From positions 1 through 15,374 of the forward strand of contig JBDRGF010000135.1 in the NCBI GenBank assembly GCA_043818055.1: DNA of 15,374 bases, given 5' to 3'. The DNA is from Pseudomonadota bacterium. GTDB lineage: Bacteria; UBA10199; 2-02-FULL-44-16; JBDRGF01. Position numbers and translations under genes: made by a program. The notes below the pieces were generated by a model that made no database searches, was not told the origin of the DNA, and saw only the letters and a list, made by a program, of their open reading frames with translations. Shown one piece after another: positions 8,661-15,374 of this stretch (its first letter is position 1; each line of letters begins with the position of its first letter).

Positions 8661-8761
8661 GGAAGGCATAATGGCATAAAACAAAAATAATTACAAATGA
8701 TTGTATGGGGACAAGTTGCCAGGGTCAAGCGAGATCTTTTACCACATGCTACATGCGCTTC

Positions 8762-9352
8762 TTACAACTCCCTCCTCGCTTCCAGTGCCCGTGATAGCGT
8801 GTTTGGATCGATATACTCGAGCTCTCCGCCAACGGGTATCCCTGAGGCAAGACGAGTCACTTTTATCTTGAGCGGCTTGATGAGCTTGCTTATGTAAAGG
8901 GCTGTCGTCTCTCCCTCCACATCGGAATTAGTGGCTAGAATGACTTCACTCACTTCAGTCCTGGCGAGCCTGTTCATGAGCTCGGAGGCTTTGATCTCTC
9001 CCGGACCTATCCCATCAAGAGGTGATATCGCACCGTGAAGAATATGATACGTCCCCTTGAAGGCATGCGTCCTCTCGATCGCCAGAGCATCGGAGGGATC
9101 CTCAACAACGCAGATAGATTTCTGATCGCGGTTATGATCAGAGCAGATCCTGCAGGGATCGACCTCAGTCAGATTTTGACAATGTGAGCAAAACCCCACC
9201 TTATCCTTAACATCTAGAAGAGATTGCGAAAGGCAGCGCGAGTATTCAGCCGGTTGTTTTAGGATATAAAAGGCGAGCCTCGTGGCTGTCCTCTCCCCTA
9301 CCCCCGGAAGCTTTGAAAGATTGTGGATAAGCCGCGCCAATGACTCACTCAT
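8762..9352 (-). CDS. recR: Recombination mediator RecR
   Basis: LSKLPGVGERTATRLAF (HhH), C4 zinc finger CSHC..CRIC, Toprim ICVVE, EVILATNSDVEGETTALY, VTRLASGIPVGGELEY. ATGA overlap with ybaB. Confidence 0.97.
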   Translation of the reverse strand: MSESLARLIHNLSKLPGVGERTATRLAFYILKQPAEYSRCLSQSLLDVKDKVGFCSHCQNLTEVDPCRICSDHNRDQKSICVVEDPSDALAIERTHAFKGTYHILHGAISPLDGIGPGEIKASELMNRLARTEVSEVILATNSDVEGETTALYISKLIKPLKIKVTRLASGIPVGGELEYIDPNTLSRALEARREL

Positions 9353-9660
9353 AAAAGATTACCAAGCCCTCCGAGGCCTCCAAGCATCCCTGACATGCTC
9401 TCCTTCATCGATTCTTCCACCTGTCGAAATGCTTCGTTGACGGCAGCAACGACAAGATCCTGCATCATCTCCACATCATCAGCAGAGACAATCGTCGGAT
9501 CGATCTTAAGAGATAGCAGTTCATGCTTGCCGTTGACCTTAGCTGTAACCATTCCACCACCGGCATTTGCTTCAAAGATCTTTTGGGAAAGTTCCGCCTG
9601 CTTCTTCTGCATCTCGCTCTGCATCTGTTGCGCCTGCTTCATCAATTTTTTCATATCCAT
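9349..9660 (-). CDS. ybaB: Nucleoid-associated protein, YbaB/EbfC family
   Basis: MKKLMKQAQQMQ, AGGGMVTAKVNG, DDVEMMQDLVVAAVNEA; canonical position between dnaX and recR. Confidence 0.95.
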   Translation of the reverse strand: MDMKKLMKQAQQMQSEMQKKQAELSQKIFEANAGGGMVTAKVNGKHELLSLKIDPTIVSADDVEMMQDLVVAAVNEAFRQVEESMKESMSGMLGGLGGLGNLL

Positions 9661-9681
9661 GGTTAAAACCTCCGTATATGT

Positions 9682-9753
9682 AAGAGCTTGGGAGCTTAAG
9701 CAATAAATCTTCCAGATCTTTTCTACTTAAGTTCTCAAGCTCCTAAGCTCTTA
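9682..9753. repeat. Octamer-based inverted repeat at the dnaX-ybaB junction
   Basis: TAAGAGCTTGGGAGCTTAAG (9681-9700) versus CTCAAGCTCCTAAGCTCTTA (9734-9753), 18/20 complementary. Confidence 0.8.
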
Positions 9754-11349
9754 TTTTGTCTTCACATCATGCAATGTTGCGCCGAAGATGTCTGTTGCCT
9801 GTTTTACGAGATCGCTGGAAAGCGCCTTCTTTGTCATCTGATTCTTTTCATCGAGCGCGTCCTTCTTGTCAGAAGTGCCGATGACCTTCACATCCCATTT
9901 CACAGGCCTTCCATAAAATGACTTCATCGCATCTTCAAACTGGGCTTTTCTGTCAATTTCGCCCAGCATATCAGCGTACAAAGGATTTTGAAAATTCAAA
10001 GATATCGTTCCACCATCTGAAATCGAAACCTTTCCATTGTTAACTATCGAAGCAAGCTGCGGAAGCTTACCGACAAGGTTTCTCATAAACCCTTCCCAGG
10101 TAGGATCGTTTGAAGCGGGTTTAGAACTCTGAGCCGGACTTGTTATCGGTCTCTGCGTGACGTTCTGTCCGACGTTCGGGATTGAATTTTGGAAGGGGAT
10201 CTTCGCGCTAGTTGCCGACTGCAAAAGATTTAAACGGCTTAATATCTCAGAGATGCCCATTGCACTCTCGACCTTCGCGGCCCTCATGAGCAGAACTTCG
10301 AGATACATCTTTGGAAAAGAGGATCGCGAGATCTGGCTCGTTCCGTCGTATAGCATCGTGAAGATTCTCTGTAATCTCGTCACGTCGAATTTTTCAGCGA
10401 TCGAACTCAAGCCCTCGATTTCATCCGCGGGAAGGTCCAAAGCCTTTGAATCCTTGCCACACTCCTTGATGACGAGAAGATGCCTGGCTGAGGAGAGAAG
10501 CTCCGAGGCAAATTTAGAGATGTCGGCACCCATGGTGAACATCTCGCCGACAAGATCGATCACTCCATTAATATTCTGATCTGCTATAGCATGGAGCGTG
10601 CTGTGAAGGATCGTCCGATCCATCAATCCCAGCATGTTCCTGACATTTGTTCCCTCTATAGCACTTCCCGAAAAGGCGATCGCCTGATCGAGCAAAGACT
10701 GGGCGTCGCGAAGCGAGCCTGTCGCTTCATGCGCGATTATCCTCAAGCTGTCATCATCAATCGAAACGCCTTCGACATTGGCCACCTTTCTCAGCGATTC
10801 AACGACCTTCGACACAGATATGCGTTTTAAATCAAAGCGCTGGCAGCGGGATAGAATCGTCGCGGGGATCTTGTGGGACTCTGTCGTCGCAAATATGAAC
10901 ACCACATGAGCAGGAGGCTCCTCGAGGCTTTTGAGCAGCGCATTGAATGCCGAAGTAGAGAGCATATGAACTTCATCTATTATATAGATCTTATATCTTC
11001 CGGCTGTCGGCATGTACTTGAGGCGCTCCCTGATCTCCCTAACATCGTCAACGCCGGTGTTCGAAGCTCCATCGATCTCCTGGACATCCATGAATGTGCC
11101 TGAAGTTATCTCCTTGCAGGAGACACATTCGCCACAAGGCTCCTGAGCTGGCCCCTTTTCGCAATTGATGGCCTTGGCCAAAATTCTAGCGATGGTGGTC
11201 TTGCCGATGCCTCTAGCCCCGCAGAGCAGATAGGCGTGATGGATGCGAGAAGCCTTTATGGCGTTCTGCAAGGTCTGCGTCACATGCTCCTGCCCAATCA
11301 CTTCGGCGAAGCTCTGTGGTCTAAATTTTCTGGCTATTACTTTATACAT
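9751..11349 (-). CDS. dnaX: DNA polymerase III subunit gamma/tau
   Basis: ARKFRPQSF, Walker A GARGIGKTT, zinc module CEKG..PCGECVSC, EIDGASN, Walker B IIDEVHML, ILSRC, GSLRDAQSLLDQ. Confidence 0.97.
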   Translation of the reverse strand: MYKVIARKFRPQSFAEVIGQEHVTQTLQNAIKASRIHHAYLLCGARGIGKTTIARILAKAINCEKGPAQEPCGECVSCKEITSGTFMDVQEIDGASNTGVDDVREIRERLKYMPTAGRYKIYIIDEVHMLSTSAFNALLKSLEEPPAHVVFIFATTESHKIPATILSRCQRFDLKRISVSKVVESLRKVANVEGVSIDDDSLRIIAHEATGSLRDAQSLLDQAIAFSGSAIEGTNVRNMLGLMDRTILHSTLHAIADQNINGVIDLVGEMFTMGADISKFASELLSSARHLLVIKECGKDSKALDLPADEIEGLSSIAEKFDVTRLQRIFTMLYDGTSQISRSSFPKMYLEVLLMRAAKVESAMGISEILSRLNLLQSATSAKIPFQNSIPNVGQNVTQRPITSPAQSSKPASNDPTWEGFMRNLVGKLPQLASIVNNGKVSISDGGTISLNFQNPLYADMLGEIDRKAQFEDAMKSFYGRPVKWDVKVIGTSDKKDALDEKNQMTKKALSSDLVKQATDIFGATLHDVKTK

Positions 11350-11361
11350 AAATACGCACCA

Positions 11362-11427
11362 CGTGAAGCGTCTATCGTGAAAGCAAAAAAAGTTTTTTAA
11401 TACGCTTCACGGGTGGACGCTTCACGA
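11362..11427. repeat. Imperfect inverted repeat (GCTTCAC family) between ffs and dnaX
   Basis: CGTGAAGCGTCTATCGTGAA (11362-11381) versus TTCACGGGTGGACGCTTCACG (11406-11426). The right arm recurs at 11692-11717. Confidence 0.75.
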
Positions 11428-11441
11428 CCTACGGAATTTTA

Positions 11442-11542
<101 letters not shown>

Positions 11543-11732
11543 AAATTTTCAAAAGTCTACAGTTGTCTGGGGTTAATGTATCCATCTGAAAAAAGCAATG
11601 CAAAAAATTGACAATTGTTGATAGTACAGTATGTAGTATGTGGTATGAAATACGTTAAGCGTCAGTCGGAGTCAAGTGGCTCTTGCGCTTCACGCTCCAC
11701 GGGTGGACGCTTCACGATTATTAGGAGAATAT

Positions 11733-12797
11733 ATGAATGAAACTTTTTCACAAATCTTAAAGCAGGTCTATCTTGGAAATTCAGTGCAGGCATATTTAAT
11801 CGCCCTTGCAACATTTCTTATAGCCCTGATCCTTTTTTACATCGTCAGGGTAGTCATATTGAGCAAATTGTCGAAACTCTCAAAGCTCACAAAATTCAAA
11901 TACGATGAGATCATCATACGGCACCTTCGATTGCTGAAAACCCCTGATTTTGTCATCTTTTCAATCTATATTGCCGCTCAATCTTTGACTATAGCTCATC
12001 TGTTGGAAAGTGTTATCAGCGGCATATTCACCATCCTCATCGCATATCATCTTGTAAAAATGAGCTATGACCTCATAAGAGAGTTCATCACCGCAAAAAT
12101 ATCCGGGGATGAACATGTCGATCCGGCCAGAGTTTCAGCCAGCAAGAACATACTCATCCTGATCAACTGGGGGATCTGGATTGCGGCGACACTCTTCGTC
12201 CTGAATAATTTAGGTTTCAATATCACGACAGCCATCGCGGGGCTCGGCATCGGCGGTGTGGCTGTGGCTTTGGCTGCCCAGTCGATACTGAAAGACGCCT
12301 TCTGCTCGCTCACCATCTATCTGGACAAGCCGTTTGTGGTCGGAGATTTTATAATAGTCGGAGATAAGATGGGTGTTGTGGAGCACATCGGAATAAAAAC
12401 TACTCGCGTACGATCGCTTCAGGGAGAGCAACTCGTCTTCGCAAACGGCGACCTCACAGACAGCCGCATCCAGAACTTCAAGAGGATGGAGATGAGGCGA
12501 GTCCCATTTTCCATCGGAGTGGTCTATGGAACACCGCTTGAAAAGCTCAAGAGAATACCCATGATCATAAAGGAAATCGTTGTAAACCATAAAGATGCGA
12601 CCTTCGACCGGGCGCATTTTAAGAGCTATGGTGATTATAATCTAGAATTTGAGATCGTCTATTTCGTCCATAGCAACGATTACAACAAATACATGGATAT
12701 CAACGAGAACATAAACCTCGCTATCTATGAAGCCTTTGAAAAAGAGAAGATCGAATTCGCCTTCCCGACACAGACTATTTTTATGAATAAAGAATAG
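11733..12797 (+). CDS. Small-conductance mechanosensitive channel, MscS family
   Basis: Several N-terminal TM segments, TM3 AGLGIGGVAVALAAQ, DKPFVVGDFI, GVVEHIGIKTTRVRSLQGE, IEFAFPTQT. SD AGGAG precedes ATG 11733. Confidence 0.93.
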   Translation: MNETFSQILKQVYLGNSVQAYLIALATFLIALILFYIVRVVILSKLSKLSKLTKFKYDEIIIRHLRLLKTPDFVIFSIYIAAQSLTIAHLLESVISGIFTILIAYHLVKMSYDLIREFITAKISGDEHVDPARVSASKNILILINWGIWIAATLFVLNNLGFNITTAIAGLGIGGVAVALAAQSILKDAFCSLTIYLDKPFVVGDFIIVGDKMGVVEHIGIKTTRVRSLQGEQLVFANGDLTDSRIQNFKRMEMRRVPFSIGVVYGTPLEKLKRIPMIIKEIVVNHKDATFDRAHFKSYGDYNLEFEIVYFVHSNDYNKYMDINENINLAIYEAFEKEKIEFAFPTQTIFMNKE

Positions 12798-12890
12798 CGA
12801 TCAGCTAAAAACAAATAAAACACTCATAATTTCCCGCCTTTTTTAAAAAAAAGAAGCAATTAACCGGCTAATCGAGTCACGTGTGAGTGG

Positions 12891-13517
12891 CTAGAGATGA
12901 GGTATAAATTTTAGGGAGAAGGAGATGGAGGCGAGAGTTTTATGAAGACGCGAGAGTCTGCGGAGAAGGGTTTTTTTATGGTGATAATCCATTTTGTGAT
13001 TGCAGAAGAGACAATCCTGGGGGAGGTTGATGAGTTCACTGATGCGAAGCCCTGTAAATCTTAAGAGGAGGAAGAATTTGGAGTAGAGATTGTTGAGATT
13101 GCGCCAGCGATCGATGAGGAGTTGATCGGTTTGAGAGGAGAGAGGTTTTGGGAGATACTCAGGGACTTTTGGGAGGAGCTTTCTGTCGAGGAGAGATAAT
13201 AGGGATTCATCGACAGAATCCTGCTCGACTTCCCAGGCTAAATATTTTTTAACGGCGAGAAGGTAATTGACCCTGCTGTAAGGAGCGAGTTTTTTATTGT
13301 TCAGATAGAGTATGTAATTTTGAAGTTGAGATTTGGACAGATTAGCCAGATGTTTTTTGGAGATGGGAGTTGTTTTAAAGATGAGCTTCAGATAGGTATG
13401 GAAGTGGGATAGGTTAGAGCGGTAGGCATTGACCGTCGATGGTTTACACCAGGCGAGTTGGAAATCGAGATAAGCCAGCATGCTATTAGAGAGATTTTTT
13501 GTTTTCAATTGATCCAT
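12891..13517 (-). pseudogene. Second tyrosine recombinase, lacking most of the catalytic domain
   Basis: SAM-like core-binding domain (KPSTVNAYRSNLSHF...LAPYSRVNYLLAVKKYL), LPKPL, and box I LLRFTGLRISELINL. No K, HxxR, H/W or Y motifs before the stop. Confidence 0.7.
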
Positions 13518-14538
13518 AGTTACTTTCTAATGAGTTAATAGCCTTGTGGTATTCTTGGGCGATATCGGCGGTTGACATATGGATATAATCCATAGTGATT
13601 TCGATATCAGTGTGGCCCATAAGCTTTTGAACAACGGGGAGAGAAACACCCTGAGTGATTAAATTGGTGCAGAAGGTATGACGGAAGAGGTGAGGATGAG
13701 CAGATTTAAGAGCATGCCTTCTACGATATCTAAAAAGAGTTCTTAATCCGACATTGGTCATAGGCCGACCGCGGGAGATACCTTTAAGAGAGACAAAGCA
13801 TCTATTGTGGGAGGCGTGCGGACGTTCGTGGTGAAGATAGAAGGTGAGGGTATTTTTTACCGATTCAGAAATAGGGAGGAAACGTTCTTTTTGTCCTTTG
13901 CCTCTTATCTTGAGCTTATCATCATTAAAATCGATATCGCTGATTTCCAGAGCGAGCACCTCACAGGATCTTAAACCACAGAAGAGCATGAGATAGATGA
14001 TGGCGAGATCACGATACTTTTTCAGGCTGGCGATGAACTTCTTGATCTGAGTTGGAGATAGCGGAATAATGAGAGAAGCGGGAACTTTAACAGATAGAGA
14101 GTTTTTTTTCTTCTTGATGCGTACGTTGCCGAGGAGGGCTTTATTTCTAACGCCTTTATAGAAGCCTGTAGTTGATGAGGATAGAAAAAGTTTATCACCT
14201 AAGCCCTCTTTATAGAAATTGAGGAAGGCTTTGATTACAGCAATACGGCGGTTGATAGTTCTGGGAGCAGCATTAAGCTTTCTTAAAGCCAGAACAAAAT
14301 CGATACCATCATCCAGTCCACCAGGAGAAATATTCTTTGAGTTCAGAAATCGATAGAAGCTGAGCAGATCGTAGGCGTATGCGATTAGAGTAGAGGTAGT
14401 CATACCCGTAACGAGTCTGTTTTGAAGGAATCTCTCAACCTCCCGAATGACGTCACCGTTATCATCATAGAGAATACACGGGATATCCTTTGGTGGGAAG
14501 GCGAGATGGTCATCGTTAGTAAAGCGAAGTATGGTCAT
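13486..14538 (-). CDS. Tyrosine recombinase/integrase with complete catalytic set
   Basis: LMLFCGLRSCEV (R), RGKGQKER (K), HPHLFRH (HxxR), LMGH (H), ITMDY (Y). SD AAAGGAG; ATGA overlap with the upstream ORF. Confidence 0.93.
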   Translation of the reverse strand: MTILRFTNDDHLAFPPKDIPCILYDDNGDVIREVERFLQNRLVTGMTTSTLIAYAYDLLSFYRFLNSKNISPGGLDDGIDFVLALRKLNAAPRTINRRIAVIKAFLNFYKEGLGDKLFLSSSTTGFYKGVRNKALLGNVRIKKKKNSLSVKVPASLIIPLSPTQIKKFIASLKKYRDLAIIYLMLFCGLRSCEVLALEISDIDFNDDKLKIRGKGQKERFLPISESVKNTLTFYLHHERPHASHNRCFVSLKGISRGRPMTNVGLRTLFRYRRRHALKSAHPHLFRHTFCTNLITQGVSLPVVQKLMGHTDIEITMDYIHMSTADIAQEYHKAINSLESNYGSIENKKSL

Positions 14539-14969
14539 TCGAAGCTCCTTTGGCTGATGGTAAAGCAATCACGAGTATAAAGGAGAGGGGCAATCGATCG
14601 ATTCTCTTTTGCAAACTTAGGGAAGTTCCAGAATTTCATTTGTTTTTCGGTAAGTTGCAGAATATCGATTCTCTTTTGCAAACTAAAACCCGAGATGGAT
14701 TTTCTCAAATTAGATTGAGCCCGATTGTTGTTAAAGTAGGTTGGATGACCGAGGCGATATTGTTTCCAGTAACCGCGATGATTCTCTCGCCAGTCCTGCA
14801 GCCCTTTGAGATAGTCATACCTGTTCTTTTGCTTCCAGCGTTTGTGACTGAAAAGTTTTTGCTGATGTTTACATTTCCCGTCTCCACAGGAGACCTGCCG
14901 ATCACCTGAACGTGGATGGGGAATGAACATCTGTTTACACCACGGACATCTCTTCTTTCTTCTTCTCAT
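14535..14969 (-). CDS. Hypothetical basic protein with N-terminal Cys4 (CPWC...CGDGKC) putative zinc finger
   Basis: MRRRKKRCPWCKQMFIPHPRSGDRQVSCGDGKC followed by Trp/Arg-rich helical pseudo-repeats. Its stop overlaps the integrase start. Confidence 0.75.
   Translation of the reverse strand: MRRRKKRCPWCKQMFIPHPRSGDRQVSCGDGKCKHQQKLFSHKRWKQKNRYDYLKGLQDWRENHRGYWKQYRLGHPTYFNNNRAQSNLRKSISGFSLQKRIDILQLTEKQMKFWNFPKFAKENRSIAPLLYTRDCFTISQRSFE
14597..14684. repeat. Perfect 21-bp direct repeat ATCGATTCTCTTTTGCAAACT
   Basis: Copies at 14597-14617 and 14664-14684; period 67 bp. Confidence 0.9.
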
Positions 14970-15374
14970 CTGTGAATGTTTCTCAGAAGAGGAAACATTA
15001 CGAAAGATAACCGGCGATGAGAATCTCGTTTCTTATAAGTGCTTTTACTGTTGCATGATTTTTGTCACCCTCACTCCCCGCTAATCACCCACTCAAATCG
15101 TCAGTGAGCCAAAAAAGATCACACAAAAACCCTCATTCCCCCTCAAAAATAATTCTTCCCAAATATCAATGGGTTAAACCTTACGCTCCAAATCACCTTG
15201 TTTTTACATCAATCTTTTCCCAATTATTAGCCGCCTTAATCCGACAGCGAAAAAAGAGAGAAGCGAGTAAGAGCATGAAAGATATGAGAAAGCACAAGTA
15301 AGGGTGATGAAAAGGATTCACCGGATGGGTGAAAGATTAGGGGAGTTTAAGGACTTCACCAGAAATTGTTCAGG

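Larger units (their letters stand above)
12861..15015 (-). mobile_element. Putative integrative/transposable element encoding a zinc-finger ORF and two tyrosine recombinases
   Basis: Three overlapping minus-strand ORFs bracketed by the direct repeat TAACCGGC at 12861-12868 and 15008-15015. Boundaries are inferred. Confidence 0.6.

Noticed and set aside
9751..11349. Programmed -1 frameshift or slippage site in dnaX producing gamma
   Set aside because: I saw no A AAA AAG heptamer or long A run on the coding strand in the post-domain III region.
11608..11640. TTGACA as the mscS -35 element
   Set aside because: No convincing -10 at 16-18 nt spacing; that position is occupied by the GTATGTA repeat.
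13000..13016. Inverted partial copy of the 21-bp motif (TTGCAGAAGAGACAATC)
   Set aside because: It needs a mismatch and a 2-nt gap, which is compatible with chance.
13486..14538. Housekeeping XerC/XerD
   Set aside because: It has an N-terminal extension and an internal basic insert, and it is coupled to a second recombinase and an accessory ORF; this context indicates a mobile element.
14597..14684. 21-bp repeats as a mini CRISPR array
   Set aside because: Only two copies, inside an ORF, with no cas genes in the window.
12861..15015. Integron (intI with attC sites)
   Set aside because: No IntI-specific insertion was recognised, the GTT-containing ends do not fit GTTRRRY, and there is no cassette array.
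15062..15301. 79-aa ORF
   Set aside because: TTG start, no SD, low complexity and no motif; not supportable as a gene.

Overview
Bacterial chromosomal window. The gene order resembles that of Deltaproteobacteria-type genomes (an inference). Bases 1-12.8 kb are housekeeping: a compact glnE, dksA, a DciA/DUF721 gene, a purH-purD-purE-tsaC operon, two hypothetical genes, the conserved ffs(SRP RNA)-dnaX-ybaB-recR cluster and an MscS channel. Bases ~12.86-15.0 kb hold an integrative element on the minus strand: a Cys4 zinc-finger-like basic ORF, an intact tyrosine recombinase, and a second tyrosine recombinase lacking most catalytic residues. TAACCGGC direct repeats flank this element, and a perfect 21-bp out-of-frame direct repeat lies inside its first ORF. 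Two other notable signals: (i) many core gene junctions carry 7-8-nt tandem repeats of several different families, often arranged as inverted repeats; (ii) one protein fuses a histone-H1-like/AT-hook tail to a degenerate nucleotidyltransferase-like domain. All calls come from reading the sequence; no searches were run.
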